A stretch of DNA of 64,000 nt from a virus. Location: the IMG/VR virus record IMGVR_UViG_3300048672_000512, positions 96,001 to 160,000 of that record. One strand, 5' to 3'. The position numbers and the translations under genes were made by a program. The notes under the pieces were generated by a model. That model had not been told where the DNA came from, ran no database searches, and saw nothing but the letters and a program-made list of their open reading frames with translations. This document shows positions 18,578 through 28,138 of this stretch, piece by piece; positions within the stretch are counted from its first letter, which is position 1, and every line of letters starts with the position of its first letter.

Positions 18578-20752
18578 TTAAAAGATGGAGTCCAGACCTT
18601 CCGTCAGAGCATCCTCCAACAAATGAACATCCAGTTGCGGACCTAGCTCATCCAGGTCTTCATCCGGTATGTATTCATTCTTTGGTTTTTTGCTTTCCTT
18701 CTTGACTTCATTCTTGCGCAGATGTGGATTCACTTCTGAAGGAGCATTGTCAGGTTCTTCCTCTGCACTTTCAGACGGATCCTCAGGAGTGGCACCGTCG
18801 GGAGTTTCAGGTTGCCTCTTTCCTGCAGGCTTGCGCGGTGCAGTTTCGCTATCCTGTTCCTGACTGTCATCAGTAGGTTCGGCGTCAGCTTCTTCACTGT
18901 TGTCATCGGGTTCTTCTGAGCGAACGCGGTCCTTGTTCTTGTCAGAGGAACCTTCAGGTGCTTCATGAGAACGCTCAGTTTCTGTCTGCTTGTCAGGTGG
19001 CGTTTCGTGTTCGTCGTCAACAGGATCACCAGTAGGCGCCTCGGCTTCTGCAAGGACTCTAGAGGACTCGACTCGGTGCTGATTCAGAAGTTTTGCCAGA
19101 TAGGTTGGCAGCGGCTGTGCGTAGTGTTCAAACACCTTTGCCTGAGCTTCAGGTGAAATGTAGTTGCTAAGCGCGGTAGCTGGAGTTACTTCCTGACCAC
19201 CATTGACACGACGCACGTGACCGAGAGTCTTTCCAACTTTCATTGCTGCAACCTTCACAGCATCAAGCACTTCCGCTGATGTCTTGAAGGTCTTCCTCTT
19301 CTCATACAGCTTTTCAACTTCAGCATTGAAAATCTCTGTACCCTTCAGCGTTCTAACCGAATGGATGGTAAGCGATCCAGCACCGCACTCTCGCCACACT
19401 CGATTCACTTCAGACGGAGTAACGTACTTGCGCATTCCGTTTTTCAACTGATAAGTGAAAAGATGATCAGCAGGTGCTTTTCCTTCCACCAGAGTACGCA
19501 GGCAGCTCATGATGTGCTTTCCTAGCGCGTCTTGTGCTACATATTCGTGCTTCTGACGAACAGCATCCTTGCCAAGGTAAGATAGAAGGAAGCCGTTTGG
19601 TCGCAGCGTCAAGTGTTTTACAAGCAGAGTAGCTAACCCAAAAGTGGGTTTGCCATCAGCTTCGTTACCCTTTCCACCAATGCGGCAAGAGAACTCATAG
19701 ACAAGCTCAAGCATCAGCGCTGCTACAGTGTCCTTGTTGCTTTCGTCGAACCGTTTCAGTAGAGCTAACCAGCGCTGTCTGACTGCTGCAATTCTAGGTG
19801 CAAGATCCTGCACCTTTTCAAACTTCTCCTTCTTGTTTTCTGTCTTCTTCTTGTGCAGATAGAAGTAGCCACCAGCAGTTCCATCCGCCCGGATAGATTG
19901 AAAGATCCAGTCACCTCTGTCTGAGTCATTCATGCGAACGGTAGGAAACATAGCAGCGCTAGGCACGCCGTCAATCTCGTCACCGTTTGCGTCATACCAG
20001 TTAGCAGAGCCGTCAACAAGACCGGTAAAACCTTCTGGCATTGTGTGCTCGTATCCGGCCTCGTGCAGCTTCTCTACAGCCTCTTCATACGGCATTAGTT
20101 TCTGACCGTAGTCGTGAACTATGCTTTGCAGCTTTGCTTTCCAGGAGGCTGTAAACTCTCGGCGCAGCGCCAGGTACTTTGAATACTCTTCAGGGTTTGC
20201 TTTCTTCAGACGTGCAGCCTGCGCTACAGACAGGTTGGATGTCTGCTTTTTGGTATTCAGATTGCGCGACGCTAGAGCGCTGATGTCCTTGAGGATTTCA
20301 TCCTGGCTTCTTGTGTCGTTTGCCGTAACAAAAGGCGTTGCTACCCAGATAGGAAAAACCTTTGCGGTGCTGTACCTAGAAAGCGTATTCCATGCGGCCT
20401 TTGAGTCAGCACGCAAGTACAGACCAAAGGCCGCAAACAGCTGCTCAATAGCAGGGTTTCGTTTAGGCCAGGCTTTGTAGGCCTTTACAAAAGCCTTCAT
20501 TCCGTTGCCCACTGCCGGAGCATCAGACTTCTTGTTTTTTAGAGCTAGTGCAACTGCGGTTTTCAGGCCTTCAACCTCCTCAAACATAGGTTTGAGCTTG
20601 TCAGAAAGCAGTGCGTCCTTTGCTTCAACGTTAAGTTTTACGCCACGATTCACGCTTACAACAGCATACAGCGCAAGTGCTAGTGCCTTGAAGTTTGAAG
20701 CATTGAGTTCAGCTACTGAAGCAGCTACTCTTCGCTTTGGATAGTCATTCAC
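18578..20752 (-). CDS. Type IB DNA topoisomerase with long N-terminal extension and acidic tail
   Basis: Catalytic pentad in order: FSCRIG (R), YLGKD (K), HSVRT (R), LGH (H), ALSNYI (Y). Confidence 0.85.
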   Translation of the reverse strand: MNDYPKRRVAASVAELNASNFKALALALYAVVSVNRGVKLNVEAKDALLSDKLKPMFEEVEGLKTAVALALKNKKSDAPAVGNGMKAFVKAYKAWPKRNPAIEQLFAAFGLYLRADSKAAWNTLSRYSTAKVFPIWVATPFVTANDTRSQDEILKDISALASRNLNTKKQTSNLSVAQAARLKKANPEEYSKYLALRREFTASWKAKLQSIVHDYGQKLMPYEEAVEKLHEAGYEHTMPEGFTGLVDGSANWYDANGDEIDGVPSAAMFPTVRMNDSDRGDWIFQSIRADGTAGGYFYLHKKKTENKKEKFEKVQDLAPRIAAVRQRWLALLKRFDESNKDTVAALMLELVYEFSCRIGGKGNEADGKPTFGLATLLVKHLTLRPNGFLLSYLGKDAVRQKHEYVAQDALGKHIMSCLRTLVEGKAPADHLFTYQLKNGMRKYVTPSEVNRVWRECGAGSLTIHSVRTLKGTEIFNAEVEKLYEKRKTFKTSAEVLDAVKVAAMKVGKTLGHVRRVNGGQEVTPATALSNYISPEAQAKVFEHYAQPLPTYLAKLLNQHRVESSRVLAEAEAPTGDPVDDEHETPPDKQTETERSHEAPEGSSDKNKDRVRSEEPDDNSEEADAEPTDDSQEQDSETAPRKPAGKRQPETPDGATPEDPSESAEEEPDNAPSEVNPHLRKNEVKKESKKPKNEYIPDEDLDELGPQLDVHLLEDALTEGLDSIF

Positions 20753-21125
20753 TTGTATTTCCTTTTCTGTTGAGAGCCTTGAGGCGCAGACGTTCCAATT
20801 CAGCCAGCACGTTTACTTCGCCTGTAAATTCTTTGGTTCCAGAAGCACCAGAGGGTTTTCGTATCTCAAGGCGCAAACAGGGAAGGTCTAAGGTATAACG
20901 AAGAGTAATAGTTCTAGCCGCACTTGGTGAGGACGCACGCATCGATGAATCGTGTGCGGTGAACTGGAAACCTAGAGTTTCAGCCGTGTCCAGAAAAGCC
21001 TCTCGCAGCTGTGTAGTTGCGTTTGAGTACAGAGGATTCTCTCGATGCCGCAGGTTGTTTTTCAAGTCCTCTACAACGCATTTAATTTGATAGCGGCAAG
21101 TCTTGTAATTGGACTTTTGATGCAT
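20745..21125 (-). CDS. Hypothetical protein
   Basis: 126-aa ORF overlapping the topoisomerase start. Confidence 0.6.
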   Translation of the reverse strand: MHQKSNYKTCRYQIKCVVEDLKNNLRHRENPLYSNATTQLREAFLDTAETLGFQFTAHDSSMRASSPSAARTITLRYTLDLPCLRLEIRKPSGASGTKEFTGEVNVLAELERLRLKALNRKGNTSE

Positions 21126-21127
21126 GC

Positions 21128-21703
21128 TCAGTCAAACCCAACTAATTCAAATTGAAGACGGTTTACCAAGGACGGCCCAAAACGCCTTAGAAACTTGGTG
21201 GTCGATCCTATGGTGTACTCCACATCGTATCTATCTCGCTGCTGTCTGTAATACAGAACGCCAGCCTTTGTGTAGGCAAAGATGACATCGGAGTTCGTTG
21301 TGTAGACGTCACGAGAATCGTCTACACAAATGCGACAACTTGTCACGTCTGGAAAGCTGCGAGTTGCATACGTGAATGTGAGCGTGTCGTAGTAGTAGAG
21401 CTGCGCGTCACCACTCGTAAGTTTCCATGCTATAGCTAGGCCCATGTTGTTATCAAAGGCTAACGACACGGACTGCACGTTAGCTACTGCAAGCGTGAAT
21501 GCAGTAGCTCCACCAACAGGATTCACAATTATGTTTCCTCCTGTATATGTCACTTCCCAATTCTGATACTCTCTGCCAAGAGATGGGTCACTTACAGCAA
21601 CACCTCCAGGCGCAACGTGATGCAAAGGCGTGTACGCATTGTCATAAGGAGGTTTGAAGTCAGCCACCTCTGGGGCGACAGTGAACGTATTAGCCGGTAT
21701 CAT
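21128..21703 (-). CDS. Tail-fibre/distal tail associated protein
   Basis: MIPAN...GGVAVSDPSLG...W; ATGA-coupled at 21703; lies downstream of baseplate genes. Confidence 0.55.
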   Translation of the reverse strand: MIPANTFTVAPEVADFKPPYDNAYTPLHHVAPGGVAVSDPSLGREYQNWEVTYTGGNIIVNPVGGATAFTLAVANVQSVSLAFDNNMGLAIAWKLTSGDAQLYYYDTLTFTYATRSFPDVTSCRICVDDSRDVYTTNSDVIFAYTKAGVLYYRQQRDRYDVEYTIGSTTKFLRRFGPSLVNRLQFELVGFD

Positions 21704-22614
21704 CCGCGTGCCCAACTTAGCCGAATGTTGAGCGTAAGAACCTTGGTATTATCTTTCGGAATTGGCGTTGGGAACAGGCATTGGAAATTAGTATCTCCAA
21801 ACTGACCAAAACCAAAACGAAGCGCGCCGATGCCGCCTGCAGTGTTTCCTTGCGTAGTACTAAACGATAGCGTGTAGTCTCGATAGTAATTACCATTTGT
21901 GTAAGCAGTAGCCGACGGAGTACCGGGGACAGTAGATCCTGCAGGCTGGGACGTTATTGCTCCTAGAGAAGTTGTGGTAGCTGGATACGCAACAAGGTCA
22001 TAAGTGTTTGAAATAGCAGTGGTATTGAAGATACCAGTTCTAGCTAAAAAACTACCAACGACACAAGCGCGCATGGTATAGCTGTAACTGGTGCCGCCAA
22101 GCGTTACAGAACCAGTACCGTCCGTGATAGGTGGTGCGATGCGAAGACGGTAAAAAACAGTAAGCTGATCTATCGATGTCAGTGTAATAGTTGTCGGAGA
22201 TCCACCTCCATCAACAATCAGAGCACGACTGAACAGTCCACCGGAAGCCGACTGCCAACCAACACCAACTTCAGAGATATTACCAACGACAGCTCCTTGT
22301 GCAAAAGCGAGCGAGAACGTGTGAGTGGTCCTATAGTTTGGTGAGCCTTCATTTGTATAAGAGCTAGCTCCACTTATGGACGAGGATGTAGAGGCTAGAT
22401 AGCTGGAAAGAGACGTCTGCGTGTTAGCTGGCGCGGTGGTTCCGGTTCCAACCTGTGCGTAGTTGATAACCCCAGTAGCTGCGTTACCTATTTTGTCAAG
22501 ACCTGCGTCCAGAATGAGGTTGTCAAACCAGCCGGTTTCTGACACTTGTTGCCCATTGCGAGAAACAACCAAGTTGTACTGACCAGAGATAGATAGGTGT
22601 GTAGTCAAGCTCAT
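21700..22614 (-). CDS. Virion structural protein (tail-fibre module)
   Basis: WFDNLILDAGLD...VGTGTTAP...SEVGVG; Thr/Ser/Gly-rich beta protein. Confidence 0.6.
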   Translation of the reverse strand: MSLTTHLSISGQYNLVVSRNGQQVSETGWFDNLILDAGLDKIGNAATGVINYAQVGTGTTAPANTQTSLSSYLASTSSSISGASSYTNEGSPNYRTTHTFSLAFAQGAVVGNISEVGVGWQSASGGLFSRALIVDGGGSPTTITLTSIDQLTVFYRLRIAPPITDGTGSVTLGGTSYSYTMRACVVGSFLARTGIFNTTAISNTYDLVAYPATTTSLGAITSQPAGSTVPGTPSATAYTNGNYYRDYTLSFSTTQGNTAGGIGALRFGFGQFGDTNFQCLFPTPIPKDNTKVLTLNIRLSWARG

Positions 22615-23957
22615 ACTAAAGTTCCAGATTGAATTGTGGGAAGGTTAACGTGGAAGTCTTCTACCAGTCCGTTGTTGTAATTAACGTAGTTGATGGTAAC
22701 GTCAAGAGCCCCACTTTGAATTGTGGGAAGGTTAACGTGGAAGTCTTCTACCAGTCCGTTGTTGTAATTAACGTAGTTGATGGTAACGTCAAGAGCCCCA
22801 CTTTGAATTGTGGGAAGGTTAACGTGGAAGTCCTCAATAGGTACAGTGTAGGTTGGCGTTGCTGACGCAACCGTAAGCGTACCGCTGACAATTACTGGCA
22901 ATGCGATAGTAGCGTCATCTAACGGCAGCCCCCACAGTTGACCCGTCAGTGCACCGATAGACATTGAGAAGTCATCAATGTACGTGTATGGGTAAATTAC
23001 CGTGGTGAAATACTGAGAAGTCGGAGCTGGTATCGCTGGGCTTGTTATCGTTGGAGAAGCTACGCTTGTATCCGCGTCCACTTCAGTGGCTAAGTAATAG
23101 ACGTCATGCGTTCCTGAAGAGAGACTGCAGTACGTCAGGGACCATTCGCCAGTTCCATCAGTCAGTATCGTATCTATCAGCACGTTGTCAACGTAGACAC
23201 GAATCGTGGTAAACGGCGGTGCTACCTGAGATATGCTCAAACAGGCCTGAATTTCTGGAGCTACACCAGTGTAGACAACAGAAGCATTTGGAGCACCGTA
23301 CACCCAAGCTGCAGTTGTGTCTGTTGGCCGAGTACGTAGACTTGTATCCACATAAACAGAATTCAGAACAACCACATAAGGCGACACTGCTAGAAACAAA
23401 GACGTTAGGGCTGTTACTTCATCAGGAGTAAGATCTGAGGGGTAAGCTATAGATACATGGGATGTTGGATACCAAGTACCTCCAGAAGAAAAAACCGGCG
23501 TGCCAACTTCAGGAGCCTTGTAGCTGTAGAAGTTTGCGTAGTCCTCAGTCCACAGCGTGTGCACTTCCACATCTGTGTTCAAGACGTAACTCAGGAATCC
23601 TTGAATCTTGAAACTTCCCTTTGAATACCAGTAAACTGGCAGGACTTGGGTCAGCCGCTGAAGCTGCGCGTCCGTGAAGACGGAAGCATTCTCAAGAAGC
23701 AAGCCGCTCATTCGCAGCATTTTCAGGTTTGTCTCTCGGTCAAACCAGTCAACTTCTGAGCTTCGTATCAAGCTTGCATTTTGAACTTTAGCCTCTGCGG
23801 CGTCAGTCAATCTGAAGTTGTTACGCAACGCTGCTAGATCGCGTGTTGGCTTATCTACTGACGCTTGAAAGACAGTGTCTATAACGTCAATAAATTCTAA
23901 CCAAGCAGGTGACTGCAGATAGTCGGGGAGTATTAGTGAGCGCCCCATAAGCGTCAA
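22611..23957 (-). CDS. Baseplate wedge/tail-fibre anchor protein with Ig-like segment and C-terminal repeats
   Basis: Follows the gp6-like gene; YWYSKGS...FLSYVL N-domain; VYVDNVLI...GEWS...SGTHDV Ig-like segment; 29-aa repeats. Confidence 0.55.
   Translation of the reverse strand: MTLMGRSLILPDYLQSPAWLEFIDVIDTVFQASVDKPTRDLAALRNNFRLTDAAEAKVQNASLIRSSEVDWFDRETNLKMLRMSGLLLENASVFTDAQLQRLTQVLPVYWYSKGSFKIQGFLSYVLNTDVEVHTLWTEDYANFYSYKAPEVGTPVFSSGGTWYPTSHVSIAYPSDLTPDEVTALTSLFLAVSPYVVVLNSVYVDTSLRTRPTDTTAAWVYGAPNASVVYTGVAPEIQACLSISQVAPPFTTIRVYVDNVLIDTILTDGTGEWSLTYCSLSSGTHDVYYLATEVDADTSVASPTITSPAIPAPTSQYFTTVIYPYTYIDDFSMSIGALTGQLWGLPLDDATIALPVIVSGTLTVASATPTYTVPIEDFHVNLPTIQSGALDVTINYVNYNNGLVEDFHVNLPTIQSGALDVTINYVNYNNGLVEDFHVNLPTIQSGTLV
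22629..22832. repeat. Perfect 87-nt tandem repeat (2 copies plus 30 nt)
   Basis: Unit starts at 22629, 22716 and 22803; encodes DFHVNLPTIQSGALDVTINYVNYNNGLVE. Confidence 0.95.
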
Positions 23958-25669
23958 GCCCTGCGTCCAGAACGCGAAGAGTAGTTTACAGCAATGCTTG
24001 TTGTTCCTTGAGCTATGTAGGAGACAGTAGTCTGATCCTGAGGCGGAATCGGAATGGTCGTTATGGTGGTGCCATCGTCGGTAAACGAAAGCGTGCTGCT
24101 ATCCAAAACTGCTATGACGTATAGCCCGTCGTTCTCGCTGCGACCGTAGACAAAGTAATTTGTCGCTCCAGCAACGGGCGTCCAGGATAGTTGAACGCTT
24201 GAACCTCCGGTTGCTACCGTCACTTCTGCAAACGAGTGTGCTGTGACAATGCCAGCTGTAATAGCAACGCCGATTCCGTAAACGTAGTTACCGGATGCAA
24301 GTGAGCCCGATGACAGTACAGTTGCAGTCGGAGCTGCTACAGCCTGAATAGAAGTTATGACATTGGTGCTAGGGCTTACTATCTCGAAGTATTCAACGCC
24401 AGAATCAGCAGACCGAATAGCGTAAGCAATGTCACTTGTGTACAGGTCATAGCCGATCAACCCGCGTCGTGCCACAAACAGGGCAGCAATGTTGTTCTGC
24501 ACTTTCTGCTGTATGGATGTGAGGTTTGCCCAGGAATAGCAATACACTTTCAGGTCAATGTTGACGGACACAGGTGCTGCGTCCTCAAGAAAGAAACGAG
24601 AAACATAGACCGCACGATCCTGCAGATAGTCAAGAAACGCTTGCTTCTTGGTTGCGTTCCAAGGCACTGACGTTAGTAGCACAACGCGTATCAGGTTCAT
24701 CCATGCCAGTGAATGCGGATTGACTTCGCGCTGCGAGTAGAAAGCGGCGTCTACAACCTCAGGATAAGAAAGAGCTACATCAAGATGCTGTTGCTTCGTT
24801 ACAGCAGAACTGAACGATCCAAAAGTCGGAGCACTTACGTTCTTGAAAACATAGGCCGGCGTTTCGTCTGTTCCACCCGTACATGCACTGGTGAAGGTAG
24901 CAGTCGTGTCAGGAAACGAAGTGCATGTAATGATCTTTCCTGCTGTAGAGACTTCATTACCTGCAGAGCCCAGTGTTACCGTGTACAGAATAGACAGTGA
25001 GTCCACAGTGCTAGGGCGCGTGCCAAGAATCGAAGTACCAAATTCTATAGCAAGTCTGCCGTCTGGAAGCGTGCGATCCTTGAATCCAGGCTTACCTCGC
25101 AGCGTCCAGATACCATCGGTTACCCTTGGAATCTGATTGCCGTTGAGGTAGACGATTACGTCAGTGTCACTTACAGCAAACGAGTATTCACGAGAAACGA
25201 ACCTGGCGTAGTCTTCACCAAGACCTGGAGTAACAACAACCAGAACTTCACCCTCATGAAGGGTAGCGGTAGTCGTCACGCCAGGCTGCAGAAACAGAGA
25301 CTCACGATTGAAAAACAGATTTCCGTTTGATTCAAATTGCGTGTACGCAGGGATGACAACTGCAGTCGTCGTAGTGAATGTTGCAACGGCCGAAGCTGGA
25401 AGCTTTCGTGGCAAGCGTATGCCTTGATAGTCTGCTAGCGCGTATGCTGCGTTATCTGAGATAACCGTGTCAGGAAAGCAATCCTGAACCGAACGGAGAA
25501 TTGCAACGCGGTCTGCAGTTCCAATAGCTGCAAAGATTTCAGCAAAGGCCTGAGCTGTCGGTGAAGAGAGGCTGCCTTCCCACAAACCACGCGAAGCAAG
25601 CTCTGTCTGAATTTGCTCAAGTATCTGATCATGGTCAGGAGCAAGGGACGATAGTTCAAGTGTTGCCAT
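23954..25669 (-). CDS. Baseplate wedge protein (gp6/baseplate-J-like) with FN3-like insert
   Basis: DHDQILEQIQTEL..., TGGTDET, SAVTKQQH...YPEV; C-terminal VQLSWTPVAGATNYFVYGR. Confidence 0.8.
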   Translation of the reverse strand: MATLELSSLAPDHDQILEQIQTELASRGLWEGSLSSPTAQAFAEIFAAIGTADRVAILRSVQDCFPDTVISDNAAYALADYQGIRLPRKLPASAVATFTTTTAVVIPAYTQFESNGNLFFNRESLFLQPGVTTTATLHEGEVLVVVTPGLGEDYARFVSREYSFAVSDTDVIVYLNGNQIPRVTDGIWTLRGKPGFKDRTLPDGRLAIEFGTSILGTRPSTVDSLSILYTVTLGSAGNEVSTAGKIITCTSFPDTTATFTSACTGGTDETPAYVFKNVSAPTFGSFSSAVTKQQHLDVALSYPEVVDAAFYSQREVNPHSLAWMNLIRVVLLTSVPWNATKKQAFLDYLQDRAVYVSRFFLEDAAPVSVNIDLKVYCYSWANLTSIQQKVQNNIAALFVARRGLIGYDLYTSDIAYAIRSADSGVEYFEIVSPSTNVITSIQAVAAPTATVLSSGSLASGNYVYGIGVAITAGIVTAHSFAEVTVATGGSSVQLSWTPVAGATNYFVYGRSENDGLYVIAVLDSSTLSFTDDGTTITTIPIPPQDQTTVSYIAQGTTSIAVNYSSRSGRRA

Positions 25670-25678
25670 TGTTTACTC

Positions 25679-26788
25679 TCATGATTTATTGAAACCTATT
25701 GTAGGACTGAACAGTTCCAACTTTTCATAATAGTTCATGTCGTGGATATACACCACGCGTGAAGCTACCCGATAGTTGCCAGAGAAGGCTTCTTGCTTCT
25801 TGTTCTTGGAGTCTACAACGACTTCCAGCGTGTCTAGCAGCTTTAGGTTTGTGTGCATAGGAGTGACAAGCTCCATACGCATGTTGAACAATCCTGTCAG
25901 CCTGCGATTCTGATACAGGGCTTTCTCATAAAAGCTGTGTACGTTGCCAGAGTCCACTGCTGTGAAGTAGACGCGCCCACGAGCTACGCTGCTTACCACA
26001 GAATCGTTTACAAGAAGCTTTGTGCTCGCTGGCACAAAAACAGAAACGTCAGACAACGTCTGTTGCCCTTGAGTGAAGACACTCTGAGCTACTGCGCTTT
26101 CCTTATATCCAGAAAAATGGTTCGCGGATCCTGCAGTTGAAGCAGGAAGAAAATCGCTAGCTAGGTAGTATCCGGGTTTCGGATCACCCACAGAGAAACG
26201 CGCAATAGGCTCTGACTTCTCCATGACGTTTGAATACACAAGCGTAGCTGACAGGTCAAGGCCTAGCTGCATGCAACTATTCGTTGACTTGTACCCACGC
26301 TCTGCTAACATACGCGCCCACTCGTGGTTCTGATGATTTCCAGAATACCAGACTTGACTATCAGAGGTTGGCGTACCTGAATACTTCAAGCTGCAGGTAG
26401 AGGCTAGGTTTTGAAGCGCGTCGTTTGAAGTGCCATGAAACGGCTGCTTTGTGGTTGCACTCCAGTAAGCAGGTACATCCATGTACGCATCTAGTTCGTA
26501 CCGGTTACCACCTGGCGAAGACAGTCGATTGAATGAATTTAGACGGAACCTATAGGTGTCCGAGGCTTCAGAGGTTCCTACCGTAAGAGCAATCTTGGTT
26601 GCGTCTCCAAGAGTCCCCGAGTTTGGAAAGAAGTCCATGTTGTCATACAGCACCATGTGCAGCATGGGAACGCCAAGTTTGGTGCTGCATGACATGTGGA
26701 TGAAGTCAACTGCATTTGCATACTGGAATGGAAATTCCTTGTCGTCAAAATACAGCTTCAGACTGAGCTGGTTCTTTAACTCATACAT
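25679..26788 (-). CDS. Baseplate hub-like tail protein
   Basis: 369 aa in the baseplate cluster; LKLLDTLEV...FSGNYRVASRV end is typical of hub proteins. Confidence 0.55.
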   Translation of the reverse strand: MYELKNQLSLKLYFDDKEFPFQYANAVDFIHMSCSTKLGVPMLHMVLYDNMDFFPNSGTLGDATKIALTVGTSEASDTYRFRLNSFNRLSSPGGNRYELDAYMDVPAYWSATTKQPFHGTSNDALQNLASTCSLKYSGTPTSDSQVWYSGNHQNHEWARMLAERGYKSTNSCMQLGLDLSATLVYSNVMEKSEPIARFSVGDPKPGYYLASDFLPASTAGSANHFSGYKESAVAQSVFTQGQQTLSDVSVFVPASTKLLVNDSVVSSVARGRVYFTAVDSGNVHSFYEKALYQNRRLTGLFNMRMELVTPMHTNLKLLDTLEVVVDSKNKKQEAFSGNYRVASRVVYIHDMNYYEKLELFSPTIGFNKS

Positions 26789-26791
26789 GAA

Positions 26792-27121
26792 TCAACCCAG
26801 AGTTACAACAGTACCATCTTGAGTGGAGAAGTTCAGAGCTGCAAGCAGGTCGCGCCTATCAGGAATGTTCAGAGTAGTGCCAGGGATAATATCAGCAAAC
26901 GGGTGCAGTGTGTTGTTGTAGAAAAGAATAACCCACCAGAGCGATTGATCGCCCAGGTAGGAATTTGCGATAGCAGGAAGGTTAGCTTCCATTGGTGAGG
27001 TAACCACCACTTTTCGCACAGTAGGAATGCGCTGCTTCAGGTTCTTGAAAGTTGAAGCAAAGATGTCAATAGCCAAACCGTCTTGGGTGACAGCTGCAAA
27101 GTTTGAAAGGTTGAATCTCAT
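26792..27121 (-). CDS. Baseplate gp53/LysM-like protein
   Basis: LPAIANSYLGDQSLWWVILFYNN...PGTTLNIP. Confidence 0.75.
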   Translation of the reverse strand: MRFNLSNFAAVTQDGLAIDIFASTFKNLKQRIPTVRKVVVTSPMEANLPAIANSYLGDQSLWWVILFYNNTLHPFADIIPGTTLNIPDRRDLLAALNFSTQDGTVVTLG

Positions 27122-27124
27122 TTG

Positions 27125-28129
27125 TTATCCTTGCTGCGGACCAGTGTTACTAGAAGCCCCGATGATGTCGTTGATGTCCTGAGACGTAGGAACGAACATG
27201 GTTGAAAACGATACGCTTACCTGAACCTGCGAAGGTGTACCGTCTTCTGTTGTAAGCATCTTGAATTCTGGATCCACACTAGTAACGACAACGGAAGGGA
27301 ACCACTGAAAGCGGCCAATGCTTAAGGATATTTGACCATCCAGAGAGTCGCGTACCGCGTTTGGAAACTGCTTCAAGTCCGTAGTGCTCTTAGCCGTTGC
27401 TGCGTTTCCATCACCCGACTTCTGCACTGACTGTAATGCGCTAGAACCCCAGTTTGCGATTGCAGAGCCCGCTTGATCCGCATTCACATTTGTAAACGGA
27501 ACCTTGACATTGCTGCCAACGACATTCTTTGTGGTGACGTCTGTAGCCCTACCCGCACCTTGCAATGCGTTGCTACCGATTGCACCAGCAGAACCGATTG
27601 TCTGCTTTGTTGCTGCAGTCAGGTTCTTAGTCAGCTTGTCCCAATTGAATTGAGGACCAGGAGCCTGCATAAGGGAACCGGCACTGCTCTCATAGGGAAG
27701 AACCAACGTCATCAGTTGGCGCAATGGAATGATGACGTCTTCCATAGGAGAAGACTCGATGTTGAATATGAGAGGCAGCTGAAAGCTGATGTGACTGGAT
27801 CCACCCCATATCTGAGCCGTAAGAGACTTAGCCATCAGATCCATACCGAAGGCGTTAGCTACAGTTCTTCCAGAGACACCCTTTACATTCAAAAAGCTGT
27901 CTTGGAGTCCATACAACCCCTGAGATATAGAAGGTTCGTATTTAGTAGCTACGCTGAAACTGAATGTCTCAGGCAGGTCTGCCATGAGAGTGAATCCTTC
28001 TCGCTTATCGTTACCAAAGTGCGTAACCGAAGAAGCAATGATGCACACCTTGTAATTCGGATTACCACTACGAACCGAGTGCGAAACCTTTTCAGGTTTG
28101 AACCGATATTCCTTGTTGGTCAGCCCCAT
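27125..28129 (-). CDS. Tail tube initiator/baseplate protein
   Basis: QIWGGSSHISFQLPLIF and VVVTSVDPEF...GTPSQVQVSVSFST; position in the cluster. Confidence 0.55.
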   Translation of the reverse strand: MGLTNKEYRFKPEKVSHSVRSGNPNYKVCIIASSVTHFGNDKREGFTLMADLPETFSFSVATKYEPSISQGLYGLQDSFLNVKGVSGRTVANAFGMDLMAKSLTAQIWGGSSHISFQLPLIFNIESSPMEDVIIPLRQLMTLVLPYESSAGSLMQAPGPQFNWDKLTKNLTAATKQTIGSAGAIGSNALQGAGRATDVTTKNVVGSNVKVPFTNVNADQAGSAIANWGSSALQSVQKSGDGNAATAKSTTDLKQFPNAVRDSLDGQISLSIGRFQWFPSVVVTSVDPEFKMLTTEDGTPSQVQVSVSFSTMFVPTSQDINDIIGASSNTGPQQG

Positions 28130-28138
28130 TGTTTACCT

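Noticed and set aside
18730-19053. Alternative-frame minus ORF inside the topoisomerase tail
   Set aside because: An expected by-product of low-complexity acidic coding sequence; no RBS.
22629-22832. CRISPR array or diversity-generating retroelement TR/VR pair
   Set aside because: Contiguous in-frame units with no spacers and no adenine-specific mismatches; no reverse transcriptase or cas gene in the window.
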